Virus record (IMG/VR): IMGVR_UViG_3300030708_003450
Location: 1 to 31,877 of that record
DNA length: 31,877 nt
Source: a virus
Taxonomy: Duplodnaviria > Caudoviricetes
Direction: 5' to 3' (one strand)
The position numbers and the translations under genes are program-made. The notes beneath the pieces are model-generated. The model saw nothing but the letters and a program-made list of their open reading frames with translations, was not told the DNA's origin and made no database searches. Below, piece by piece: positions 19,701 through 27,392 of this stretch; the stretch's first letter is position 1, and each line of letters starts with the position of its first letter.

Positions 19701-22700
19701 TCAATTTAACTATTCCTCTAAGGAAATTAAACTTGTTGATGATAGAAGAGTAACAGATCTCATTGATATAAGACCAAGAGTTTCGGATTACACAGTATCT
19801 GAATCTGTTAGATCTCCACTAGAATTTTTAGGAAGATCATTTGATAATTCGGGACAAACTGCAGCAAATCCATTAGCCTCGGATGAGTCAATTCTTGCAG
19901 ATGTTTCATACTATCAAGGAAGAGTTGATAGAGTGTTCTTGACCAAAGATGGTAGATTCCAGGTAATGTATGGAACACCATCAGACGATCCACAAAGTCC
20001 AGAGGCAGTTGATGATGCAATTGAAATTTGCACTGTTGAACTTCCAGCTTATCTTTATACTCCAGGAAATGCAAGATTGTCTTTCTTAGAGCATAAAAGA
20101 TATCGTATGCAGGATATCAAAAAACTTGAAAATAGAATTAGAGGTCTTGAATATTATACATCTTTATCTCTTCTTGAGAAAGAAACTGCAAATCTTTTCA
20201 TTCCTGATTCTGATGGTCTTAACAGATTTAAATCTGGATTCTTTGTAGATAATTTCTCTGATTTCTTACCACAAGAACAAACAGTAGACATCAAAAATTC
20301 AATTGATAGAAAGGTTAACGCTTTAAGACCTAAACACTATACCAATTCTGTAGATCTTGTTTTTGGTCCAGTTGTAGACCCCGATACAAATGATGATCCA
20401 AATTTTGCTGCCATTGAAGGTAATAATGTTAGAAAAGCAAATGATGTTGTAACACTTGATTATTCTGAAGTAGAGTTTATCAAGCAATCATTTGCAACTA
20501 GATCAGAGAGTGTAACTCCATTCTTAATTAGTTTCTGGAACGGTACTCTTGAACTCACACCAGCAACTGACAACTGGGTTGATACAACCAGACTTGAAGC
20601 AAAGATTATTGAAACTGAAGGAAACTATGCTGAAACATTCAATACTCTTGCTCAAAACGGAACTATAGACCCACAAACTGGATTTGGTCCTATTGTATGG
20701 GATTCATGGGAGACAAACTGGACAGGAGTATCTGAATCAACAACTACTAGAAGAACAGTACTTGATAATGATCCAGGTGGTGCTCCAATTCGTAGACGTG
20801 CTCATGATGGTAGAGGATGGGTTCCTGGTGCATGGACTCAGCAGTTTGTTGAAGTCGGCACTGGAACAAGAGAAGAGGTTCTCAGAACAAGAACTGAAGT
20901 TGGTACAAGATCTCGTTCTGGAGTGAGGACTATTGTCACTGAACAATTTGATCAAACGTCAGTTGGAGATAGAGTTGTAAGTAGAGATCTTATTCCATAT
21001 ATGAGATCTAGAAATGTTGAATTTGTTTCTAAGAGAGTCAAACCACTTACTAGACTTTATGCATTCTTTGACGGTGTTGATGTCACTAAGTATTGTGTTC
21101 CAAAACTTCTTGAGATTTCAATGACATCTGGAACTTTCCAGGTCGGTGAAACTGTTATAGGTTCTGTTCTTAGAACTGGTTTAGCAGAAGAAACAAGTGA
21201 AACCACTCCAAGCATTACATTCAGAGCTGCTCAATCAAATCATAGAGAAGGTCCTTACGACACTCCAACGAAGACATTTGAAGAAAACCCATACACTAAT
21301 CAAGTCCTCTCTGCAGCATATTCATCAACCTCCAATATTTTAAATGTTGATACTTTCTCTCTTGCATCACAGGCAAGAGGTGATTTCTTCGGTTTTGTTG
21401 AAAGTGGAATGGTTCTTACTGGTAAAACAAGTGGTGCTCAAGCAACCATTACAAATGTAAGACTCGTATCTGATATTTCGGCAACTTGTATTGGAAGTTA
21501 TTTCATTCCAAACCCAAATAATGTCAATTTCCCTAGATTTGAAACTGGAACAAAAACATTTACTCTTGTAGATGATATTGATAACAATCAAGATGCTGCA
21601 TTAACAATTGCTGAAGAAGGATTCTCAGCATCGGGTACACTTGAAACAGTGCAGGAAAATATTATTTCTGTTAGAAATGCGAGAGTTGAACTTAAAAATG
21701 AATTCCAAAGCAGAAATGTTAGTAGAGATCTTGGAACAGAAGTAGTATCTGACAGAGTAATTGGAGGAACAGGAACTAGAAGAGTACAAGTTCAATGGTA
21801 CGATCCTCTTGCACAGTCGTTTTTAGTAGAAGACTCAACTGGTGTATTCCTTACTAGTTGTGATGTCTTCTTTAGGACAAAGGATGACATGGATATTCCA
21901 GTTGTCTTCCAACTTAGATCAATGATCAATGGTGCTCCATCAGCAAAAGTTCTTCCTTTCTCTGAAGTAGTTCTTGACCCAGCTGATGTCATTACGTCAG
22001 CAGATGGTTCACTTGCAACTAATATTCAATTCAAGGCACCTGTATATGTTGAGGGTGGCACTGAATATGCCGTATGTTTAGCATCTAACTCCACCAAATA
22101 TAGTGTTTACATCTCTAGAATTGGTGAAAATGATTTGCTAACTGACACCTTTATTTCTAACCAACCATACCTTGGTTCACTCTTTAAATCTCAGAATGCT
22201 TCAACTTGGGAACCAAGTCAGTGGGAAGATTTGAAGTTTACTCTTTATAGAGCAGACTTTATAGAAAATGGTTCAGTTGAGTTTTATAGTCCAGAACTGA
22301 CTCAAGGTAATGGACAGATTGCAAAACTGCTTCCAGACCCAATCAATATTAATTCAAGAGAAATTAGAGTTGGACTTGGGACAACAGTTGCAGATTCAGG
22401 TTATGAGATTGGTAATACATTCTCACAACAAGGCACAAATGCGACAGGTAATTTAGTTGGAACTGCTGGTTCTGCAACTGGTAATCTTGATATTACAAAT
22501 GCAGGTCTTGGATTCACACCTGCCTCTAGTGACTATACATTTACTGGTGTGAACCTTGTTACTCTTACTGGAAGTGGTAGAGGTGCTACTGCAGATATCT
22601 CTATAAAAAATGGTTCAATAGTCGCAAGTGGTGCAACAATCGCTAGTGGTGGTTTAGGTTATCAAATTGGAGATGTCGTTGGTATTGATACAATCGGTGA

Positions 22701-24258
22701 TGCCTCACTTGGTAGAAACGCAAGACTTACTATCACAGGAATTGGTCATACTAATGAACTTGTTTTAAATGATGTTCAAGGTGAATTTGTTGTAGGTGCT
22801 GCAAATACTTTGATGTATGCTAACAGTTCAGGAATTACCACTGAACTTAACTTTAATCTTCCTTCTGAGGGTCTTGGTGGAGACGTACAGATTTCTAGTA
22901 TTAGTGAAGTCTCTGATGGTCTACATTTGACAATTAATCATCAGAATCATGGAATGTACTTTAGTAATAACTCAGTTAAGATTTCTGGAGTTGTTGGTGA
23001 TATTAAACCAACAACACTTACCGCAGCATATGATGCATCTTCAACAGATGCTATAGCAGTTTCTGTAGCATCATCTTTCACAACATTTGAAAACGTTGGT
23101 GTTGGAACTACTAATGTTGGTTATGTTCAAATTGGCGATGAAATTATTGAATACACTAACGTTTCTGGAAATACTCTTGGTGGCAATATTGTCAGAGGAG
23201 AAAATCCAAAGACATATCCAGTTGGCACACCTGTTTATAAATATGAACTTGCTGGAGTTAACCTCCAAAGAATCAACAGAACTCATGCTTTAAGTGATGT
23301 TACAAATCTGAATCCATTTACATTTGATTCATATCAAGTAAAAATTGATACTTCAGCAACAACTGGCACTGATAGAAGCACTGATGTTGGATTCCCCAAA
23401 CTCTATCTTGGAAATACCAAAAACTCTGGTGGTTATAAAGTAAGGGCTACACAAAATATGCCTTTTGAAATCATCACTCCTAGTGTTCAAAATCTTACGG
23501 TCCCTGCAACTTCAATCACTGCAGAAGTAAGAACCACAACCAGTAAGAGTTTCAGTGGTAATGAAATTCCTTATATTGATGCTGGTTTTGAAGATATTAC
23601 GATTAATCAGAAAAATTATTTTGATACACCAAGAATGATTGCATCTAAAGTAAATGAAGATTTGCAATTAACAAATGTTGAAGGTAACAAATCCTTGAAC
23701 ATGAGATTGTTCTTAAATACGACTGATACTAGAGTAAGTCCTGTGATTGACTCTCAAAGAGTTAGTGCAATTCTTACTTCTAACAGAGTTAATGACATTG
23801 TTACTAATTATGCTACTGATTCAAGAGTGAATACTTTAACTGAAGATCCAACAGCATGTCAGTATATCTCAAATGAAATTGTCCTTGAAAATTCTGCAAC
23901 TTCAATAAAAGTAATTGTCGCTGCTCACGTTGATGAGTCATCTGATATTAGAGGATTCTTTGCAGTTAATAATAAACCTGGTTTAGAACCTGTATTCACA
24001 CCATTCCCTGGATACGGAAATCTTAATTCTAGAGGTCAAGTGATTGCATCAGAAAACAATAATGGTGAATCTGATGTATTTGTCGCTAAATCAAATGTTC
24101 TTGCATTTGAAGCTGCCAAGGTTGATTATAAAGAATATACTTTCACAATTGATCAACTTCCTTCATTTAGAACTTATAGAATTAAGTTGAATCTTACTTC
24201 AACAAATCAGTGTTTTGTTCCTATAATTAAGGAACTTAGGGTCATCGCATTAGCATAA
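16708..24258 (+). CDS. vrlC: Large virion structural protein, VrlC-like/DUF4815 (2516 aa)
   Basis: N-terminus MPQQTNLNVAPYFDDFD....YHKVLFKPGYPIQARELT.LQSILQNQIERFG, plus NYSAPGADRLKI, RRTFDESGNY, KRYRMQDI..LE.RI..LEYYTSLSLLE, RFKSGFFVDNF, DPLAQSF and GSLFKSQNASTW. Position after gp8 matches T4-like cyanophages. Confidence 0.82.
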   Translation: MPQQTNLNVAPYFDDFDPASDYHKVLFKPGYPIQARELTNLQSILQNQIERFGQHFFKEGAKVIPGNTGYSQSYYCVQLQNNYQGVPVSAYADQLLGTKITGQTSGVSAYVDSILLPENSDNGNLTLYINYLNSSTANNSTQQFTDGELLSCNEIITSGLLGNSTIVAGTPFAAALATGANAVGSSFQIEEGVYFVRGNFVNVARETLILDQYSNTPNYRIGLFINEEIITSDLDEALNDNSQGFNNYSAPGADRLKITLSLFKKGLDNFNDDNFIELGTVVNGVLRTKTKKGVFGTGSSGNSNFDDVLARRTFDESGNYYVKPFDVTPLNSLNDNIGNGGIFQEGQFTPGGVPASDELALYKISPGKAYVKGYEIETLNAVYIDVQKPRTTRTLENQNIIYNTGPTLNVNRVYRSPSVGFGTYFVSLRDQRVGSDQESAPGKEIGLARVYDFKLESGSYDATNSDVNEWNLALYDVQTTVDLSLNRADTLSIPTFVKGANSGATGFLRYAVSAGTAVTVYETEGSFIPNEALIFNGIQNGRTAIAVTEHGISDVKSIYGTNNGVIGINTFSADVVQETRFSVGIATVSTLSGGISTITARNPLFPGTLIKENDIVEYTDTTAGRNNDPIFARVVSVGTSDFTVATTTAVAGISSGFLPSSTLDVTDLKVLTTKLSTVSDNTLYTPLAKANISNVDLTDASLTIRKTFTVNISSNQLSTQVESGTNETFLAFDEERYLLTRSDGGTETLTSDKIDIGADGTTLQIRNLGSNDTGATLVATLKKLKPKAKVKIKNRVNSVLVDKSKLQGSGIGTTTLNNGLTYGSYPFGTRVEDEVISLNVPDVLEIHGIYESAGTGAPSAPLMTLNTINSASTTTSELLIGEQIIGQTSGAVAIVAVKTNNTTIEYISKNEFVFIEGETIESQESSVRGIVSSLSTPSFNISSNYKFRSGQEGTFYDVGSIKRNADSISPSKQIKVYFKSAYFDSTDDGDITTVNSYNQFNYSSKEIKLVDDRRVTDLIDIRPRVSDYTVSESVRSPLEFLGRSFDNSGQTAANPLASDESILADVSYYQGRVDRVFLTKDGRFQVMYGTPSDDPQSPEAVDDAIEICTVELPAYLYTPGNARLSFLEHKRYRMQDIKKLENRIRGLEYYTSLSLLEKETANLFIPDSDGLNRFKSGFFVDNFSDFLPQEQTVDIKNSIDRKVNALRPKHYTNSVDLVFGPVVDPDTNDDPNFAAIEGNNVRKANDVVTLDYSEVEFIKQSFATRSESVTPFLISFWNGTLELTPATDNWVDTTRLEAKIIETEGNYAETFNTLAQNGTIDPQTGFGPIVWDSWETNWTGVSESTTTRRTVLDNDPGGAPIRRRAHDGRGWVPGAWTQQFVEVGTGTREEVLRTRTEVGTRSRSGVRTIVTEQFDQTSVGDRVVSRDLIPYMRSRNVEFVSKRVKPLTRLYAFFDGVDVTKYCVPKLLEISMTSGTFQVGETVIGSVLRTGLAEETSETTPSITFRAAQSNHREGPYDTPTKTFEENPYTNQVLSAAYSSTSNILNVDTFSLASQARGDFFGFVESGMVLTGKTSGAQATITNVRLVSDISATCIGSYFIPNPNNVNFPRFETGTKTFTLVDDIDNNQDAALTIAEEGFSASGTLETVQENIISVRNARVELKNEFQSRNVSRDLGTEVVSDRVIGGTGTRRVQVQWYDPLAQSFLVEDSTGVFLTSCDVFFRTKDDMDIPVVFQLRSMINGAPSAKVLPFSEVVLDPADVITSADGSLATNIQFKAPVYVEGGTEYAVCLASNSTKYSVYISRIGENDLLTDTFISNQPYLGSLFKSQNASTWEPSQWEDLKFTLYRADFIENGSVEFYSPELTQGNGQIAKLLPDPININSREIRVGLGTTVADSGYEIGNTFSQQGTNATGNLVGTAGSATGNLDITNAGLGFTPASSDYTFTGVNLVTLTGSGRGATADISIKNGSIVASGATIASGGLGYQIGDVVGIDTIGDASLGRNARLTITGIGHTNELVLNDVQGEFVVGAANTLMYANSSGITTELNFNLPSEGLGGDVQISSISEVSDGLHLTINHQNHGMYFSNNSVKISGVVGDIKPTTLTAAYDASSTDAIAVSVASSFTTFENVGVGTTNVGYVQIGDEIIEYTNVSGNTLGGNIVRGENPKTYPVGTPVYKYELAGVNLQRINRTHALSDVTNLNPFTFDSYQVKIDTSATTGTDRSTDVGFPKLYLGNTKNSGGYKVRATQNMPFEIITPSVQNLTVPATSITAEVRTTTSKSFSGNEIPYIDAGFEDITINQKNYFDTPRMIASKVNEDLQLTNVEGNKSLNMRLFLNTTDTRVSPVIDSQRVSAILTSNRVNDIVTNYATDSRVNTLTEDPTACQYISNEIVLENSATSIKVIVAAHVDESSDIRGFFAVNNKPGLEPVFTPFPGYGNLNSRGQVIASENNNGESDVFVAKSNVLAFEAAKVDYKEYTFTIDQLPSFRTYRIKLNLTSTNQCFVPIIKELRVIALA
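23236..23243 (+). promoter_or_regulatory. Perfect T4 late consensus TATAAATA inside the VrlC-like gene
   Basis: Exact TATAAATA about 1 kb upstream of the small-gene cluster at 24258-25030. It could be chance in AT-rich DNA (codons V-Y-K-Y). Confidence 0.3.
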
Positions 24259-24491
24259 TGGATTTTTATGGATTAGAGGGTCATAAGGATCTCGCAAGAG
24301 ATCCTGAGACTAATGCAATTCTCAATGTAAATAGTATGGAGTATCAACAATACTTATCGAGACGTGAGGTAAAATCTGAAAAGAATCAGAAAGTACAGAC
24401 AATGGAAGAAGAAGTTGCTAATATAAAGGGTGAAATAGATGAAATCAAGTCCCTTCTTAAGGAGTTACTCAATGGATCCCGACCAAATTGA
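24258..24491 (+). CDS. Small conserved phage protein with C-terminal coiled coil (77 aa)
   Basis: TAATG stop/start overlap with the VrlC-like gene. Has the EGHKDLARDPETNAILN motif and the heptad tail VANIKGEIDEIKSLLKELL, resembling the small gene I recall following VrlC in marine T4-like phages. Confidence 0.82.
   Translation: MDFYGLEGHKDLARDPETNAILNVNSMEYQQYLSRREVKSEKNQKVQTMEEEVANIKGEIDEIKSLLKELLNGSRPN
24459..24465 (+). promoter_or_regulatory. Strong Shine-Dalgarno AAGGAGT for the ATG at 24472
   Basis: AAGGAGT followed by 6 nt (TACTCA) and then ATG. It is the strongest SD I saw at any gene start in the window. Confidence 0.7.
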
Positions 24492-24651
24492 ACTTTCTAA
24501 TTTGTCAAAAAGTTTTGCATATCAGAAGATTGCAACTGACATAGATAATTGTGATGACCGTGACACTCTAAAGAATATTGCAAAGTCATTTTGCAAACTT
24601 TATTATAAACAACAAGAGACAATGCAAGTTATAGGCATCCCTAATGGCTAG
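24472..24651 (+). CDS. 59-aa helical protein, candidate NblA-like phycobilisome degradation adaptor
   Basis: Start re-called from 24439 to 24472 on the basis of the SD. Protein MDPDQIELSNLSKSFAYQKIATDIDNCDDRDTLKNIAKSFCKLYYKQQETMQVIGIPNG has NblA-like size, an ELS-L-x-x-x-F start and a helix-loop-helix pattern. The CDS is well supported, while the NblA call is by eye only. Confidence 0.55.
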   Translation: MDPDQIELSNLSKSFAYQKIATDIDNCDDRDTLKNIAKSFCKLYYKQQETMQVIGIPNG

Positions 24652-25030
24652 TAAGAACATCACTTTTGATCCAGACTCTGGAGTACCATATGGTCTTAAT
24701 CTAACCATTTATGGTGGAGCAGATTTTACTGCAAATTTAAATGTAAAAACTACTTCAAGTAGTAACTTTGATTTGACTGACTATAGTGGTTCTGCAGCAA
24801 TTTCTAAAAGTGTTGCTGTTGGAGCAACACTTGGTATTACAACTTCATTTACTGTTGGATTTACTAGTGCATATGATGGACAAATAAAACTCTCTCTCGG
24901 TACAACTTCCACAAGAAATTTGACAGAGGGTAGATATGTTTATGATGTTTTAGTCAGTTCTGGATCTACGACATATACACTTGCGAATGGAAATGTCTAT
25001 GTTTACAACCCAGTATCATCAGCACCCTAA
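24644..25030 (+). CDS. Small beta-sandwich virion structural protein (BppU N-terminal/Ig-like pattern)
   Basis: 128 aa with the pattern NLTI..GADF...DLTDY..SA.ISK...F.VGFTSA.DG.IKLSL....T..L.EGRYVYDVLV...G.V.V, a recurrent cyanophage structural family. Overlaps the upstream ORF by 8 nt. Confidence 0.7.
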   Translation: MASKNITFDPDSGVPYGLNLTIYGGADFTANLNVKTTSSSNFDLTDYSGSAAISKSVAVGATLGITTSFTVGFTSAYDGQIKLSLGTTSTRNLTEGRYVYDVLVSSGSTTYTLANGNVYVYNPVSSAP

Positions 25031-25033
25031 ATA
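25026..25033 (+). promoter_or_regulatory. Late promoter variant CCTAAATA upstream of gp13
   Basis: TAAATA core overlapping the stop codon at 25028-25030, 23 nt before the gp13 ATG. Confidence 0.6.
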
Positions 25034-25056
25034 CACTTAGGAAACTTGTGGAATAA

Positions 25057-25902
25057 ATGGCACAACCAGCAAGTAGAACAGATTTAATAAATTATGCTAA
25101 GAGGCAACTTGGGGCACCAGTCCTTGAGATAAACGTTGCTGATGAGCAAGTAGATGATCTGGTTGATGATGCATTGCAGTTTTTTCATGAGAGACACTTT
25201 GATGGTGTTATTCAAACATTTTTAAAGTACAAAGTTACTCAAGATGATATTGACAGGGGTAGAGCGAGAGGTGGAAATAATCCAATCGGTATTGTAACAA
25301 CAACTGCAACATCATCAATTGATGGCAGTGATGTTACATTTTCATTTGAAGAGGATAGCAATTATTTACAAGTACCTCCATCAGTAATTGGTATCAACAA
25401 AATTTTTCAATTTGATGGTTCAAATACTGTAACAAATAATATGTTCAGTGTGAAGTATCAGTTATTCCTCAATGATATCTACTATTGGGGATCAACTGAA
25501 ATCCTAACTTATGCAATGACCAAGAGATATCTTGAAGATATTGATTTTGCACTTAACACGCAAAAGCAAGTAAGATTTAATCAAAGACAGGACAGACTCT
25601 ATCTTGACATTGATTGGGGTGGAGTTACAAAAGATGATTATATCGTCATTGACTGCTACCGTCTCATAGATCCCAATGACTATTCTAGAGTTTGGAATGA
25701 TTCATTCCTGAAGAGATATGTTACTGCCCTTATTAAGAGGCAGTGGGGTCAAAACTTAATTAAGTTTCAAGGAGTTAAACTACCAGGTGGAATTGAACTT
25801 AATGGTAGACAAATTTATGATGATGCAGAAAAAGATTTGGAAAATATTAGAGAAGTAATGTCAAACACCTATGAACTTCCACCTTTAGATATGATCGGAT
25901 AA
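25057..25902 (+). CDS. gp13: Neck protein gp13
   Basis: 281 aa with L..YAKRQLGAPVLEINVADEQVDD.VDDALQFF.E.HFDG and WND.FLKRY.TALIKRQWGQNL.KFQGVKLPGGI.LNG. Confidence 0.95.
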   Translation: MAQPASRTDLINYAKRQLGAPVLEINVADEQVDDLVDDALQFFHERHFDGVIQTFLKYKVTQDDIDRGRARGGNNPIGIVTTTATSSIDGSDVTFSFEEDSNYLQVPPSVIGINKIFQFDGSNTVTNNMFSVKYQLFLNDIYYWGSTEILTYAMTKRYLEDIDFALNTQKQVRFNQRQDRLYLDIDWGGVTKDDYIVIDCYRLIDPNDYSRVWNDSFLKRYVTALIKRQWGQNLIKFQGVKLPGGIELNGRQIYDDAEKDLENIREVMSNTYELPPLDMIG

Positions 25903-25903
25903 T

Positions 25904-27349
25904 ATGTTAAATCCATTTTTTACTCAAGGAACAACTGGTGAGCAGAATCTTGTTCAGGATTTAATTAATGAGCAATTAAGAATGTACGGGGTTGATATTT
26001 TTTATCTTCCTCGTAAATTTTTAACTGAAAATACGGTCATTAGAGAAGTTGTTCAGTCAACATTTGACATGGCACTTCCTCTTGAAGCATATGTTGATAA
26101 TTATGATGAGTATGCTGGAGCAGGTGATGTTCTTTCAAAATTTGGTATCGAATCTAAAGATGAAGTAAGACTTATTATATCAAGAGATAGATTTGAAAAT
26201 TATATCACTCCACTTATTCAAGATCAATCTAACATTAAATTATCTACCAGACCAAAGGGTGGAGATTTAATTTGGTTTCCTCTTGACGATAGAATTTATG
26301 AAATTAAAGATATTGAATATGCAAAACCATATTATCAGTTACAAAATCTTTATGTTTATGAATTATATTGCGAACTCTTCCGTCTTGAAGATGAGGTCAT
26401 TGCAACAGGTATTGAGGACATTGATAATAATCTTATCGGTGAGAACTATGATGGCGAAACTGATGATGGTATAAACACGATTCAGGGACCAACACAAACA
26501 CTTACACTTGTAGGTTCTGCTGTAACAGCAACAGCAGAACTTTCCATCTTTGATGGTGGTGTTAGACTCTTTACAGTAACCAATAGAGGTGGTGGATATG
26601 ATGGTGTTCCAACTGTTGGAGTGTCCTCAGCACCGTCTGGAGGGGTTACTGCCGTTGGTATTGCTACAATGATAGGTGGAATCAATGTTTGCAATCTAAA
26701 CGCAAATCCAAGACTTCAATCTGTTCAGGCAGTGAATATTGCCAATCCTGGTTCTGGATATACAGTGGCACCGGGTGTCAGATTTAGTGGTGGTGGAAAT
26801 GGAACAGGTGCTGCAGCTACTGCTACCATTGGTGATGGTGTTGTTGGTTTAGTCACTATTACTGCTGCAGGTAGTGGATATGTAGATTCTCCCACAATTT
26901 CATTTACTAATGAAATATTTGAAACTGGTGTAACAACTGTATCTGCTGCTGCAACTGCGGTAGTAAGTGCTGCGGGAACCATTTCAGCAATCTACATGAC
27001 CAATGCAGGTCTCGGATATTCTGTAGCACCAACAATTGTTGTTGCATCTCCAGCATCAAGTTCTTCAGGTAATTTTGTATTCAATGAGATTGTTACTGGA
27101 TCTGTAAGTGGAACAACAGCAAGAGTAAGAGTTCATGATGCTGTTGACAACACTCTTGAAGTAGCAACCGTAGCAGGTGATTTTGTTGCTGGTGAAACTG
27201 TAACTGGAGGAACTTCTGGTGCTACTGCAGAGATTAGAGTTGTAAGCACAGAACCAAATGATGATGGATTTGCTGATAATATTAACATTGAAACTGAGGC
27301 AGATTCAATTATTGACTTCAGTGAACAAAATCCTTTTGGTATGCCCTAA
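25904..27349 (+). CDS. gp14: Neck protein gp14, extended by Gly/Thr-rich repeat modules
   Basis: 481 aa. N-terminus MLNPFF...EQNLVQDLINEQLRMYGVDIFYLPR, LSKFG, RPKGGDLIWFP and YELYCELF. Conserved C-terminus IIDFSEQNPFG. Confidence 0.92.
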   Translation: MLNPFFTQGTTGEQNLVQDLINEQLRMYGVDIFYLPRKFLTENTVIREVVQSTFDMALPLEAYVDNYDEYAGAGDVLSKFGIESKDEVRLIISRDRFENYITPLIQDQSNIKLSTRPKGGDLIWFPLDDRIYEIKDIEYAKPYYQLQNLYVYELYCELFRLEDEVIATGIEDIDNNLIGENYDGETDDGINTIQGPTQTLTLVGSAVTATAELSIFDGGVRLFTVTNRGGGYDGVPTVGVSSAPSGGVTAVGIATMIGGINVCNLNANPRLQSVQAVNIANPGSGYTVAPGVRFSGGGNGTGAAATATIGDGVVGLVTITAAGSGYVDSPTISFTNEIFETGVTTVSAAATAVVSAAGTISAIYMTNAGLGYSVAPTIVVASPASSSSGNFVFNEIVTGSVSGTTARVRVHDAVDNTLEVATVAGDFVAGETVTGGTSGATAEIRVVSTEPNDDGFADNINIETEADSIIDFSEQNPFGMP

Positions 27350-27352
27350 ATA
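27345..27352 (+). promoter_or_regulatory. Late promoter variant CCTAAATA upstream of gp15
   Basis: TAAATA core overlapping the gp14 stop (27347-27349), 40 nt before the gp15 ATG. SD-like AGGA at 27382-27385. Confidence 0.6.
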
Positions 27353-27392
27353 AATGTATCTTAACAAACACATAATAGTCTAGGACTTATCA

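Noticed and set aside
3002-24258. Inteins, introns or homing endonucleases explaining the very large gp7 and VrlC-like ORFs
   Set aside because: I saw no intein splice motifs, LAGLIDADG/HNH/GIY-YIG signatures or frame interruptions. The size is accounted for by repeated structural modules.
27372-27390. Weak hairpin AGTC-TAG-GACT covering the gp15 SD, like T4 late-gene translational occlusion
   Set aside because: The core is only 4 bp with a 3-nt loop. The late promoter lies upstream of both arms, so the T4-style relief mechanism would not apply.
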